A stretch of 64,000 nucleotides of DNA from Azolla caroliniana (taxonomy: Eukaryota; Plantae; Polypodiophyta), in contig JBHGNT010000001.1 of NCBI GenBank assembly GCA_043228905.1, positions 21,266,001-21,330,000 of the forward strand, in the 5' to 3' direction. Within the stretch, counting starts at the first letter, position 1. Each line of letters begins with the position of its first letter. Below are positions 35,601 through 49,850 of this stretch, piece by piece. Under the pieces are notes generated by a model, which made no database searches, had not been told where the DNA came from, and saw only the letters and a program-made list of their open reading frames with translations. The position numbers and the translations under genes are program-made.

Positions 35601-38600
35601 CAACTCAACAACAAACTAGCATCACAAACATTCCTTACCTTTACCACTCGTTCTCATGCTACGAGTCAATCAAGGGCTACAAAAGTAGAAGGAAGTTCTC
35701 AATCACAACATTCAAAAAATGACCCCTTAGCCTTGTCATTTACGCTGAAAATGCTTCCTTCAAATTGGTGACATCTCCATCTTGGAGATCTTTTGAAGGC
35801 ATAATTTTTAGCCCATCTAAGATCAAAATGTTAAATGCTCTGCTAACAAGATTATAATCTCTTGTTCAGTCTCATAGGTCACTTTAGCCTCTTAAAAGAT
35901 ACTAATGTATTTCTTTCTCGCTCTTGCTTTCATGGGTTTCAGGAATTACTTCAGACTTTTTGGCCTTATATTCAAATATAATTTTGAGCCATTTTTTGGC
36001 TTCCCTTTGAAATCTGTTTTGTTTGTTGTCTCTTATTTTGTGCATGACAAATGAGTTTTATAAATTTGATTCATAAGATAAATTAAATTTGAAAATCTGA
36101 ATTTATGTTTCTTATCTGTAGAAATTGTGCTTTTCTAGACATGGATACCTTATGCCCAAAGAAATGATGGAGAGTCTGATTCAACTAAGAATGGTAAGCA
36201 TGATAGACTACTCTAATAAGAATCAAGAAAAATATTTTCGAGATTTCACCTATGGTGTTTTGTGGTTATTTTACAGATAGGCTTTTGTACACAATTCGGG
36301 GAATGCCTCTTTCAAAAGTAAGGTCAATAAGAAGGAATGCTCCACCTCTAGGATGGCAATATATAATTATTGTGCTTACAAGTGGTATGTACATTTTCTG
36401 TACTCACTTTGATCCATTATAGATGCTTTATTGAATTATATCTATTCATCTGTACCTATATTGGTTAGGTCTGGCATTTCCTCCATTATACTTCCACAAT
36501 GGTGGCATCAAAGAGTTTTTGGCTACTTTGAAAGAATTTGTTCACATTGTCAGGTAATGAGGTTCTTCTTTACAGTTTGAAAAGTAGTCAAGTTAATTAT
36601 TTGCTCTGCTGTCATGCAATTTGGTTAATTTTCAAGTTATATGCTTGCGTAGAAATGATTTCAAGTTTTGGTTCAGTACGTATTTGGTCTAGTTAAGCAG
36701 TTTGCATTGTTAAGAGTAGAGTAGAGTTAGATACAGCCAAGCAGCCTATGCTCGTATAAATGATCAAGTAGTCTCATTGTTAAAGTTTGCATTGGGCTTC
36801 TACTTTATTTTCGATATTGTGAAGAGGTTCATTATATGGTACCGACAGATTGTGTAATGTACCAGCTGTCTAAATGTTAGTCATTATACGAATCGTACAC
36901 TTATAAAGCAATAAAATGTGCGAAAGCTATTAGGAAGTAAGAGTAGAGTAGAGTTACATACAGCCAAGCAGCCTATGCTCTTATAGTAGGAACAAAATGA
37001 GTTATATCTACAAACAAGCTAGAATAGCCAATTTATAGAAATTGGGGATGTTGTAAATAAAGTTATTGTTTCCTCTACCAAACAGTTAAAGTCAAGCTTT
37101 TGATAAACATAGAGTTGTAAAAACAAATCTGGGAAAACTGGAGATAGGTGGATATTCATAAGCATACATAGAGAGAATCTGCAGTGGCATGAAGAGGAGA
37201 TACACACAAACAGTCAGATGCATTTTATCATTCCATATGGCCATTATGGGGTTTTATTCACAGACTGCTGATGGAAATACCAGTATCCAAGGTCAGGGAG
37301 ACAACATCTCTCAATAAGATGATGCCACCTATTGTAGTGCATGATTGCGAACTCTTTTCAAAATCATAAGATAATGTTATGTTGATGTGTTATACTTGTA
37401 CTGTTTTCAAAAGATCTTGGATTGGAGCCAGTGTTTAATGGTTAAGCTTTGTAAGATTTTTGCTGTGTTTATGTCTTTCTTATTGTTTAACATATTCATA
37501 GGTGTGACAGATTTATGGGCTTCTCTTTGTAGGTCTGCAGAAGATGCAAATTTGTTTCTAGTAAATGATATCAGCCAAGACCCATTACAGGTACTTTCAG
37601 AGCTAAGTTAAAATATAAGGGATAGACATGCAATACCACTATAAAGGATTAGACTGAAAAGAAAATATTAAGATGGAAAGAACGAAAAAGATGAAAAATA
37701 CTAAAACCTAAAGAGAAAGAAAGAAAGAAAGATATATTAATGTCTTTTAAGAGGCCAAAATGGCCTATAAGACCAAACAAGAGATTACATCTTAAAGTGT
37801 TGTCTCATCTTTGAGAACACCAAATCAAAATAGATTAAGTATTACTCAGTAAAGATAAAAGTAAATAAGATAAAAACAGACGAGGGAATCTGGTTTTCCA
37901 AACAAGAGATTACATCTTAAGTGTTGTCTTATCTTTGAGAACACCAAATCAAAATAGATTAAGTATTACTCAGTAAAGATAAAAGTAAATAAGATAAAAA
38001 CAGACGAGGGAATCTGGTTTTTAGCATGTGTGAGATTCTCAAGTTAGATATATTGTAATTTTTGTCTTTGAAAGATCTCTAGCATAGGTCGATCCAGAAT
38101 GGAGATGTCTCCGAAGCGAGGGAAGCACCTGCGATGGCGGGAGATAATGACATTTATCTGTCGATGACAAGGGTGCTGCGGGCATGGTCCATGGGGCCGG
38201 GGCCTATGTGCACGACAAATTACTATTGGCTGATCTATTGTAACCCCTATGTTATGTCCTAGTCGGGAGCCATTTGTGTATCCCTTGATTGACTTGTAGC
38301 ATTACTAGGAGTGATGGGGCTAAAGAAAGTTCTGATTGTCCTTTGTGGATGAGCTTGTGTGGCTGTATTATTGTCCTTCAACAACTTTTCCCTATGTCTC
38401 TTGAGTTCTAGCAAGAAAAGTCCTAGGCACTGTTGGTCCTCATATTCCATTAACTTGCGTAGTGGGCCAAAGCCTTGTTTAAAGAGGCAATGTTATCGCC
38501 CTCTGATTTCATAGAAGACACTATAGTGACAAACATAGTGTTCTTTGGATTCCACTCGATGACACAATTGGCAAATTCTTTCTTCTACAGGTATGCGTGT

Positions 38601-41600
38601 ATATCTGCCTACCTCAATCTGTAACTGATGTGATGAAGTTCTCAGCTGCCCTATCACACTACCCAGTGCATAGGATAGATGTATGTCCATATAAGGTGGC
38701 CTGATGATGAATCCATCCTCTGATGTGTGTAAGAAAGAAGTGTGTCTTTAGTGGGCCATCTTCGTACCAAGTGAAATTTTGGGGTTGATCCATGTTATCT
38801 TGTTTTTCAAGTTATTTAAGGGAGAAGGATACATTAACGTCATTTAAGAGACCGAACAAGAGATTGCACCTATGAATGTTATCTCATCTTTGAGAAACTA
38901 CGAACCAAAATAAACAAATGTAATTAAACAAAAAGTGAATTGAAATAGGCTTCTAGGATATGTTATTGAATCTTATCATTTGTCAATGTAAGATATTCAA
39001 ATCAGATATATTGTAATTTTTGTCTTCAAAAGATTTCTACCATAGGTTGATCTAGAATGGAGAGGTCTCAAAGCGAGGGAAGCACCTACGATCGCAGGAG
39101 ATAGTGGCCTCATTTTGTCTTTGACAAAGGTGATCCTATCATGGTCCACAAGGCCGAGGCTTACATGTATGACAAACTGCTATTTGTTCGATCTATTGTA
39201 AACCCTTTGCAATGTCCTGGTCAGGAGCCCATTTATGTTAGCCCTTGATTGACTTGTAGCATGAGTAGTAGTAATGGGCCTACAGAAAGTTGTGATTGTT
39301 CTTTGTTGATTAGCTTGTGTGGCTGTTTTGATGGCATAAGTGCCAACTTTGTGTACCTTCCTCTAGGGAGTTGCCAAAGCCGTTCAACATTGGTCAATGA
39401 TCAGAAAAATACCACGTTGATTATTGGCATTGTGCTCGTATTTCCTCAGATTATATCATTGGGCACCTATGCTTTGCTCTTTATCATGCGGGCAAACATT
39501 GTGACTGAAGGTCTCTCAAAATATTTCCTGTTATTTGCCTTGTTAAGACTCGATCCCCAAGTTTCTGATACATAGAAGAGTTGGTGTGACAAGTGTATCA
39601 AACAGCCACGATTTAGTCTGTGGCTCGTAGAACTGCAAATGGACACATTGTCTCTCAAAAACACCAAGGGCCGCATATCCGCGTGAAAGTTGAGCACAAG
39701 CAGCCTTCTGTAAGGAGAACTGAGACGCTGTGGATGTTTGATACATGAGCCAAGCACATGGTACAGTGTCAAAGGCCTTTGGAAATTTCATAAAGCAGCA
39801 ATAAATGATCTTATTATGGGCTCTACCCTCGTCGATAAGGCTTTGGAGGGTCAGCATGTGATCCAAATTTTGAACCCCTTCCAAAAGCCTGCCTGTCCAG
39901 CTGAATGGCAGCCATTTCTCTCTGCCCATGTACACAATTCTTACTCTAGCATTGAGCCAAATACTAAAAGCCTAGTAATTGCCAATCATGATTCTCCTAT
40001 AATTGCTCAGCATCATGGGGTCTCCATCTCAGGCACAATTGTATCTTCTGTCCAGTTCAATGGAAACCTTCACACATAGCTCTATAAAGATGTATGCTAG
40101 CAATGGCATCAAGCTGTCCTGTGCATTGATAAAGTGCTCAGTAACCAATACACTATGATCTTGGGCCTTCCCAAATTGCAACCGGTCAATGGCGTTTCTT
40201 ACATTTTGTGGAGTAAAAAAGGTGAATTCTTACTGGATGTCAAGCATAGTTTTTTGTTCATCCTAATAGTACTTATTCCTTACAGTGGCAAATCTCATGA
40301 TATCATCATGTAATGGTAGATATGGCGATCTCTAAGAGATGCAAACTTGAGTAGGCAAGGTGGAAAGTAGAAAATTGCAATGTATTGTTCCCTAAGGTTT
40401 CTCTTTCAATTTTGTATACACATATAATGTGCATCTACATCCTTATGCACAAAATGCACTCTATCATGGAGCTCCTCTGGAGAGCCTCTAGAGGAATACT
40501 AGTAATTAAAAGATTCCTAGTATTTGTGGTCAGGGATACATACCGATTCCCATCTATATTCTTGTACATGAGAGTCTACCAGCGCTGTCTGTATACATAG
40601 CAATATCTGTGTTCTTGAAGGTATCTTCATTTTTAAAAAACTGGACATTTGTCACTACAGATCTGTTGCAATTGTGTTTCTCTTCTTCTCTACATCATGT
40701 AGCTACACTCATGAATCTAGTTCAGCAAAATTTGAGAAATTAAAAGCTGGGGGTTAGACTCCTTACGACTCTTTTAATAGTCTAGTTGGTGGTGGCTTGA
40801 ATTTAGGGATCTTGAGTATTTAGAACAGTTTGTTTACAATCTTTTTTGACATTCTGCAGCGGAGTCTTACATCACTGGAACTGAGAGATGTTATTTCTAC
40901 AGCAGCTCTTCCAAGTCAAGAGCAAAATATTTCTCAAGAATCCATGGTTGGAGACCAAAGTTTACCTGAAGCTTCTCATTCAAATGAAGTAAATTCCTTT
41001 GTTAAAAACGATGAATCCAGTGTTGTCATTGCTGATGTCTCACGTCGGCAACACCAACGGAGAGTTCATGATCCAGCTCATGATATCTCAATTCAAGTTC
41101 TTGAAAAGTTCTCATTGGTTACAAAGTTTGCTCGAGACACGACTGCACAATTGTTTGGAGAAAGTCGACTTCTTGGAGGAAGTAATAGCCTGGAATATTT
41201 AGATCCTTCATATAAAGTCAAGAAACAAGAGGAAAGAAAGATGCCACTTAAGGAACCAAGCATGCCCCTCGCTGATGGCCTGTCTGTCAATCCAATTATG
41301 GATACGTTTGATGTTTCAGATGTATATTTGAAATCTATTTTCTACGTGGGATTTCTTTTAGTTTTTCAAGGAATTTGCAGTTCATGACCTTACTTATGAT
41401 ATTAACAGGTTAAAAATGCATCTGTTTCTCATCATGTCTCTCCACTGAGCACTGAAGAGGTGTATTGGTTGTGTTATTTATATATTTGGCATTGTTTTGA
41501 CAGTTTCCTAATCATTTGTAGCTTTGTATGCAGTGGTTAGGTTTCTTCGATAATGAAGGAAAGATAATGAAATCACAAGAATTAAGAGAGCACATCTTTT

Positions 41601-43677
41601 ATGGCGGTATTCAGCATGATTTGCGTAGCAAGGTTGTATTATCACATCTGCTTTTGTAAGAAATATTGCTTTACTGCATTTTATAATATGTCTACTATAA
41701 CAGGTGTGGATGTTCTTGCTTGGTTTTTATCCTTATAACTCAACCCATAGAGATAGAGAAGCTCTTCAGTTCAGAAAACGTGAAGAGTACATGATTTTGA
41801 AGGCACAGTGGCAGGTTTGAGCTATCATGTTTGGAATCCTACGTTGTGCCATTGTCCCAGAAAGAAGTGAATTTATATGTTTTTCTTTGAATAGACAATA
41901 TTGGAAGATCAAGCGAAGCGTTTTACAAAATTTCGTGAACGCAGAAGTCGGATTGAGAAAGATGTGGTATGATTCTTTTAGCACTTCGAAATGTTAGTAC
42001 ACTCAATAGTAAGATCTTTGAGTCTATCATTTGTTTTTATTAATAATCTGTATTGGAACAGGTTCGGACAGACCGTGATATTCCATTTTATGCAGGTGAT
42101 GATAATCTAAATGTGATTATTCTTAGAGATATACTCATGACATATTCATTCTATAACTTCGATTTGGGCTACTGTCAGGTAAACATAGCCAAAGATATTG
42201 TACAAGAAATGTTATATGTTCTGTTTTCCTACTATTTATCATCATAATTGAGTTTTGGTTTATCCTATGCATTTTTCACAGGGTATGAGTGATTTTCTTT
42301 CTCCAATCCTCTATGTTATAAAGGATGAATCCGATTCATTCTGGTGTTTTGCTTCTTTGATGGAGCATATGGGCCCAAATTTCCATCGCGATCAAAACGG
42401 CATGCATTCACAGTTGCTTGCCCTCTCAAAGGTTTGATACTACACATAAGAAAGAAAGTAATCCAAAATTTTCTTATCTTAAATGCTTATGAGTAGGCTC
42501 TAATAGAACTATTTTAAAGGTTTGATAGAAGGCATCAATAGAACATTTTCGTATCTGAAAGGCTTATTCAGTTGGCACTAATAAAACTGTCTTAATTTTA
42601 AAAGGCTTCTCCAGTTTTAAGCTTGTGTGTGCATCCTGGAAGGGTTTAGTATGTAGGCACTGATGTTTTCTCCTGTTTGATGAAACCCCAAGCTGTGGCA
42701 TTCGCTAGTTGACGACCTTTTGGGCAGACATTTGTTTGTGGTCTTTAAACGTATTAAGATGCCATACACTGTTGTATATATAGGTATCTCTTTCATTTTG
42801 CTTAAGAATAATATATACACTTGTGCATATCACATCATCTTTTGTTGTGCATGTGGTATATGTTGTATGATTACAATCAAAATTTCTTTGTTATAAATGG
42901 GGAAGTAAATGGGTATTAAATGCTCTCTTTTCATTGACAGAGTGTATAGGACATTAACATAATGCTTCTGCATGTGCAGCTGGTGGAATTGCTTGATCAT
43001 CCATTACATGTCTATCTCAAACAAGCTGATTGTTTAAACTACTTTTTCTGTTTCCGATGGCTTCTAATTCAGTTTAAAAGGTCAGAGCTTGCTCATAATA
43101 TGTTTTGTTATGTGTTTCAGTCACTACTTCAACTGGATGGGTGTATCTAAATGTAATTGTGTTTACACTTGCACTGGAGATGGTAGTCTGGTGTTTAAAC
43201 TTGCACTTGTGATGGTAGACCTTAATAGATTGTTCAGCAATCGATCATAGACTTGCTTATGCTGATGGGAGATTATAATGGTTAATTCAGGAATGCTAGG
43301 TTTTATACAAATGCTAGGTTACTGCACTTAAATGTGTACAAACGCTGAATTCTTCTTTTTTCAGGGAATTTGTGTATGAAGATGTCATTTCTCTATGGGA
43401 AAGGCTATGGACAAACCATCTCACAGAGCATTTTCACTTATATATGTGTGTGTCCTTGCTGAAAATGTATAAGAAAAAAGTCATCGATGAAGAGATGGAT
43501 TTTGACACACTGTTGAAATTCATAAATGAGCTTAGTGGCCATATTGACCTTGAAAGAGCAATGAGGGATGCTGAAGCTCTCTTTCACTTGGCTGGTGATT
43601 TGGGTATTGCTTGTATACCTCCAGGGACTCCGCCAACTCTTCAGACTCCTAACAGTGGTAGCCTTTTGTGGACATAA
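32648..43677 (+). CDS. TBC1D15: TBC-domain Rab GTPase-activating protein (TBC1D15/GYP7-like), 15 exons
   Basis: Exons: 32648-~32719 (donor uncertain), 33757-33909, 36139-36193, 36277-36384, 36469-36553, 37533-37590, 40860-41321, 41409-41459, 41534-41632, 41704-41814, 41895-41966, 42062-42178, 42282-42431, 42980-43080, 43365-43677. GT-AG junctions keep the frame. Motifs QDLMDDADYAAS, KDNVAVHPTQ, FPPLYF, VLEKFSLVT, IEKDVVRTDR, YCQGMSDF, FCFRWLLIQFKREF. Confidence 0.9.
34619..34775. repeat. 54-bp tandem repeat, ~3 copies, intronic
   Basis: Units start at 34619, 34673 and 34727. Confidence 0.9.
34830..35905 (+). mobile_element. Degenerate LINE relic in TBC intron 2
   Basis: Endonuclease motifs VMGDFNARVG and SVVDYVLV; C-terminal Cys/His remnant; 3' end homologous to 37737-38700 in inverted orientation. 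Confidence 0.72.
37737..40230 (-). mobile_element. Degenerate LINE relics (two 3' ends plus an RT fragment) in TBC intron 6
   Basis: QLRTSSHQLQIEVGRY..ERICQLCH..ESKEHY; CCF..F.KAFDTVP; the 38040-38330 block is repeated at 38990-39330. Confidence 0.78.
37773..38022. repeat. 125-bp tandem duplication
   Basis: CCAAACAAGAGATTACATC starts at both 37773 and 37898. Confidence 0.88.
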
Positions 43678-43781
43678 GCAATTTATTTGTCATTCCAATG
43701 TTGATGTGGCCTCTGCTACCTGTATATTTTAAAAAGTTCAGTTCTCTGTCCATATTTTTACTTCTCTGAATTGGTGCGTCT

Positions 43782-43940
43782 TAAATGAGCTCAGTGGCCT
43801 TATGGACCTTCAAAGAGCATTGAGGGATGCTGAAGCTCTCTTTCACTTGGCTGCTTGGGTATTTCTTGCATACCTTTCAGACTCCTAACAGTGATAACCT
43901 TTTGTGAACATAAGCAATTTGTTTTTAATTCCAATGTTGA
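43782..43940 (+). repeat. Diverged partial duplicate of the TBC last-exon end (43523-43705)
   Basis: TGAGGGATGCTGAAGCTCTCTTTCACTTGGCTG and TTCAGACTCCTAACAGTG repeated with deletions. Confidence 0.88.
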
Positions 43941-44929
43941 GTTTGGCTTCTATGCCAAAGAGTTTAGTTATACATCCATATATTGATAAGTCTTAATATG
44001 CCATAAACTAGAACAATCTCTGTTGTGATGTTAATGCTAGATAGCCGTATGGAGTCAATATATATGTTTGTTTAATGCTTGAGCTTTCTAGTGCAGCAAA
44101 TGATTATTACAACAATTTTAGGGCTTGATTAGTTTTAGGAAATTATAAAATCCAAAAGGGCTAACTTGTTGATCGGAAATCAGCATTTGATTTGTTTTTA
44201 GAGGAAAGGAAGCCAGAAAGGCTAGACAGCTGTAAAGCCAGGGGAACAACAATAATAATAAAATTACATTACCTTTTTTAGGGGACATGCAAAGCCTTAC
44301 TATGTTGCTTTTTGGGAGGTAAGCTTATTTTTTCTCATTGGTAACTGAATTTTGTCTGAGACTAACTGATTTTGTTCTGGAGTAATATGGAGTTATGCTT
44401 AACACCCCCTTAATTGTGGACCAAATAGTATAATTCCTATAATAAGAAATCTGGAGATATTTCCAACCTGCTTTACATTCTCAATTTTAATTATATTCCC
44501 CCAAATGCACTGTAGACAAATTCAGTATAATTATATATGTAAAAGATTGAAAACCAATCCGAGGTGGAAGAGATACAAATGAAAGATATCTTCATAGGGG
44601 TTCTGTCCTAGTTTCTTAGTGCATACTCCCTCGGGTAACTATGTTGTAGCTCTCATGGTTTTGAGTCCTCATTGACCCTCTCTTTTTGGTGACCTAGTCT
44701 CCTTGGTTAATGTTCTTCCTCCTTTTGAGTCTTGATGATTGTTGCCAATTGTGATATTGCAAAATATCCACCCAGCTCGCTCTCATTTGTGGCAGCTTGA
44801 TCACTTTCGATTCCGATTCGCTTTTCTTTGGGTCACTTTCTCTTTCCCCATATGCTTACCTTTCTATTCTCCACATCTTATTCTTCAGCATTTTTTCCTT
44901 CCAATTCACATTCCTTTGATACAAAGTAT

Positions 44930-45362
44930 TGTTGAGAAACAAGCTCAACAAAAGCATATGATGCATATTGGTAAGTGAGATCTCCTATAGTAGCTATTAG
45001 GAAATTAGCTATTAGTGGACATATAAGTAAAACAGCTATTTAGCTACTCACACCTATTTAGCTATTCGCAGCTATTTAGCTATTCGCAGCTATTTAGCTA
45101 GTCATAGCTATTTAGCTACTCACGGCTAATTAGCTGCATATATAAGTCACTTATATACTTAGGTAAAAAGGTAATGAGAGAAGTTGTAAGAGAAGAAGAA
45201 AACTGACGAGAGAGGTTTCTCTGCGTGTAATAAAATAGAAGCTTTTGATTTTGCTACAAAGGTAGTCTCCTTCCCCCTTCCTTTTCTGTCTTGAGCACAT
45301 TAAACGATCCAGCACATCATGATCCGCTGTGCACAAAGAAGAGCCAGAGCGCCTTTGTAACA
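44930..45362 (+). repeat. 5' LTR of F with extra copies of an ~18-bp AGCTATTTAGCTATTCGC subrepeat
   Basis: 433 bp versus 378 bp for the 3' LTR. Confidence 0.92.
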
Positions 45363-45492
45363 TGGTATCAGAGCAGAGTTGCTCGTAAAGAGGAACAATA
45401 CAAATATGAGAAGTTTGGTTTTGGTTGTTGGTCTGAATTAGAGAGTTGCCTGTGAAGTTAATCATAGCAAAAGCCCTAATTTGAAAGAGAGA

Positions 45493-48400
45493 ATGGCTGC
45501 TAAGAATGGAAGCCAAATAGTCACAGAAAAGTTGGACAAAAACAATTTCCCTGCGTGGAAATTCAGAATGACAAATTTCCTAATGGGAAAAGGATATTGG
45601 GATTACATTGAAGGAGACCTAGAAGAGGCTCCAGAGATCCTTGAAGAAAATGCAATGGTACACAGATTAAAGCATTTACGGAATGGAATCAAGGGGCAAG
45701 GAAAGTATTGCATTGGTTGTCACGTAGCATCTCAGATTCGATGCTTGGACACATACAAGATGCTTTGCTTCCAAAAGAAGCTTGGGACAGTTTGGTAAAA
45801 CTATTTGCAATAAGCACAAAGGCTAGAAAGCTTCAGTTGAAGATTGAACTAAATACCTTGGAAAAAGGTAAGATGTCAGTTAATGAGTATGCTCTAAAAA
45901 TAAAGAGCATATGTGAATCACTTGCTTCTATTAATGGAATGTAGAAGATGATGATAAGGTGGAAATATGCTTAAGAGGTTTAGGACCTCAATATAAAAGC
46001 TTCAAAACATCTATTCTCACTAGGGATAGCATCCCAAGTTTTCCAAATCTAGTTTCAATGCTTGTAGTGGAAGAAAGAAATCAAATGGATGATGTAAACA
46101 AAGGAAACTCTGAGACTGAGGGGCAAGCCCTCTACAATAGTGCTGGAAGATGCCGAGGAAGAGGCCATGGAAGATTTGGTTCAGCTAGAACCAACAATAA
46201 TTATCAAGGAAGAGGACAACAAACTACAATTGGAAGAAACAACATCAGAGGCAGGGGGAGCAATCGAGGAAGAGGTAAGCAAACTTATTTGAATGATGAT
46301 GGTTGTTGGTATTGTGGAAAACCATGCCATACACAAGCTGAATGCCATAAAAAGCAAAATGATGGAAAAAGAGAGAAAAGACAACAACATAATTATGCTT
46401 CAAATAGTGAAGATTGTGATAAAGATGGTGCATTTGTGATGCAACATGAAACAACAGCAATGGTTGAATGTTCACAAAGATGTAATGAAGATTTTATGTG
46501 GTATGTAGATTCTGGGGCATCTAATCATATGACAGGGCATGCAAATTGGTTTGAAAGTTTAAGAGAACTAGAGATTCTTGGTTATGTACAAACAGGTGAT
46601 AACACCACTCATACAATCGAGCATGTTGGAGATATCCCATTGTGGGAAGAAAAAGGGAAAACAAAGTATATGTTGAATGTGATGCATGTTCCAAACCTTG
46701 CAAAAAATCTGATTTCTATTGGACAGATAGTAGAGCAAGGAATGCAAGTTAAGTTTAAGCAAAGTGGGTGCTTTATAGAGAAATAGGGAAAGCTTATTGC
46801 AAAAGGAAAACGACAAGGATGTTTGTGTTAGATGTGGATATGCCTAAAAAGATTACAGCCATGTTTGCAGAAGGAATGAGTGTAATCTTAGATGTGGAAA
46901 TGTGGCATAAAAGAATCAGTCACATAAGTATGCAAACCTTGAAAAATATCTTGAGGAAAAATGCAGTGACTGGACTGCTTAAGTTGAAAGATTGTGAGAT
47001 GAGCAAAATATGTGAAGCATGCCAATATGGAAAGCAAAATAGGTTGCCTTTCCCTCATGAAAGACATGTAAGCAAAAATTTGCTGGATTTGGTACATACG
47101 GATGTATGGGGACCAACAAAAAATGTCTCAATTGGTGGCTACAGGTTCTATGTAACCTTTATTGATGATTGCTCAAGGAAAACATGGGTTTACTTCATGA
47201 AAGAAAAAAGTGAAGTATTTAATTGCTTTCGTAAGTTCAAATGAATGGTAGAAAAGCAAGTCGAGACTAGAATAAAGTGTTTAAGATCTGATGGAGGAGA
47301 ATATTTCTCAAATGAATTTTTTGATTTTCTATGTAATCAAGGGATAAGGAGACAGTTCACATGTAGATATACTCCACAACAAAATGGAGTGGCTGAGAGA
47401 AAAAACAGAACTTTGGTGAACATAGCAAGAGCCTTAATGACTAAAAAGAAGATGTCATTGTATTATTGGGCAGAAGTTATAAACACAACAAACTTTATTC
47501 TAAATAGATGTATAACATTTGGAGTACATGAAGTAACTCCTAAAAAATGTTTCTATGGAAGGAAACCTAGTTTAGGACACTTAAAAGTGTTTGGATGCCT
47601 TGCCTATGTTCACGTACCTGCTGAAGTAAGAAGTAAGCTTGATCCAAAAGCTAAAAATTGTGTTATTGTTGGATATTCAGAGGAGCAAAAAGGGTATAGA
47701 TGTTATAACCCGTTGACAAAAAAGATTGTAGTGAGCTGTGATGTAATATTTGATGAATTGGGCAGTTGGTACAACCCAAAAGAAAATGTAGAAACTGATG
47801 AAGACAATGAAAATGAAGACAGGGATAAATTTGAAAAAGGAAGAGATTGTCACAGAGATGGAAACAATGTTGGACATCAAAGTTCAACTTCAATAGAATG
47901 TTCCGGACCATCTAAAAACTCTGGTAGTAAATCTTATTCAAATGCATGGAGTGGAAAAAATGCAAGACACAAAAAATATGATGATAGAAAGGGAAAACAG
48001 AAGATGCCAAAATATGAAATGCTTGATGATGGATCTAGAAACATGGAAGATGTAGATTCAGATACATCATTGGATGATGAGTTGGGTATACGAGCCTTGA
48101 AAATCCCCGGTATGGAAAAAGCAATCAAAGATGCAAATCAGAAATTGAGAAGATCAGATAGAGAAAAAAAATTGTTGAAAGATTTGGTTATGATAGATAC
48201 ATGGCTATGCATTATGCATATATGTCTAAAGTGGTCCAAATCCCTAATCCAAATAGTTTTGATGAAGCAAAATCTGATAAGAAATTGGGTGAATGCAATG
48301 CAAGAAAAAATAGATGCATTGGCTGAAAACAAAACATGGAATTTGGTAAAGTTACCAAAAGGAAAAATTGTTGTAGGTTGCAAATGGGTCTACAAGACAA

Positions 48401-49832
48401 AGCAGGATTCAAATGGAAATGTTAGTAGACACAAAGCAAGACTTGTTGCAAAGGGATATGCCCAGATGCAAGGAATTGATTATGATGAAACATTTGCACC
48501 GGTTGCAAAGATGGCAACATTGAGGACACTACTTGTTGTGAGTGCAGCCAAAAGATAGGTTCTGCACCATATGGATGTAAAAAAAGCTTTTTTACATGGT
48601 AACTTGGAAGAAGAAGTGTATATGTGTCAACCACCAGGTTTTGAAGATAAGAAGCATCCAGAATATGTTTGTAAGCTGAAAAAGGCTCTCTATGGACTGA
48701 AACAAGCATCGAGAGCATGGGATAAAGAACTTTCAGAATCTCTAAAAAATATTGCCTTCAAAATGTCAAAAGTTGATCCATCACTATATGTAAAGAAGAT
48801 AAATGATTGCATTGTTGTTATCTTGATATATGTTGATGACTTAATCATTGGAGGTGATTCTATGGATGAAATAAGGAAGCTTAAGAAAAATCTTAAAATG
48901 CAATTTCATATGAAAGATTTGGGAGAGTTGAGATACTTTTTTGGTATTGAGATGATCAGATCTGAAAGTGGTATATATTGTTGTAAAAACAGTATGCAAC
49001 AACAATGTTGAAGAAGTACGGTATGCTTGGATGCAAACCTATTAATGTACCACTGGATAATAACTGCAAATTGTGGGCTAATTTGGGAGCCAAAATAGAA
49101 AATTTAAACATGTACAGGTCTATGATGGGTAGCCTCATATATTTGACTATAATAACAAGACCTGATTTGAGTTATGTTGTTGGATTAGTGAACCAGTTTA
49201 TGCAACAGCTAACAAAGCCACACTTGGACTGCATTAGAAGAATCTTGAGGTATGTAAAAGCTACTCAAAACTATGGATTGTTTTACAGAGTTGATCTGGA
49301 CATAAAGCTAGAAGGATATACATATGTTGATTGGGCTCGAAGCCAAACTGATAGAAGATCCACAAGTGGATATATGTTTACATTGGGAAGTGCAACTATT
49401 TCATGGAGTAGCAAGAAACAAGTTATTGTTGCATTATCGAGTATTGAAGCTGAATATAGAGGAGCTGCAATAGCCACTTGTGAAGAGGTATGGATCAGAA
49501 GATTGCTTGCTGATTTGGGTGAGTATATAGATGGTGCGGTCACAATTTGGTGTGACAATATGAGCAGCATTCAACTCGCAAAAAACCTAGTGTTCCATGC
49601 ATGAACAAAGCATATTGAAGTGCATTGTCATTATTTTAGAGAAAAAGTGATTGATGGTGAAGTAGATCTACTCTATGTAAGCATAAATCAGCAAGTTGTT
49701 GATATTCTTACGAAGGGACTGAGCATAGAAAAACCTACACAGTTTCGGGACATGATGGGAGTTATAACCATTGGTATGACAGCTGAAAAGCATGAAGGAA
49801 AGAAGAATGAAGATGATCTCAAGAAAGGATAA
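45493..49832 (+). pseudogene. Copia F gag-pol
   Basis: CWYCGKPCHTQAEC, WYVDSGAS, HTDVWGP, RSDGGE, IYVDD, WSSKKQ; multiple stops and frameshifts. Confidence 0.92.
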
Positions 49833-49850
49833 GTTGAGCTTGAGGGGAAG

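Noticed and set aside
40370-40625. Possible solo LTR in TBC intron 6
   Set aside because: No clear termini, TSD or second copy in the window
45030-45140. Short repeat array as CRISPR-like
   Set aside because: No spacers; an LTR subrepeat in a eukaryotic context
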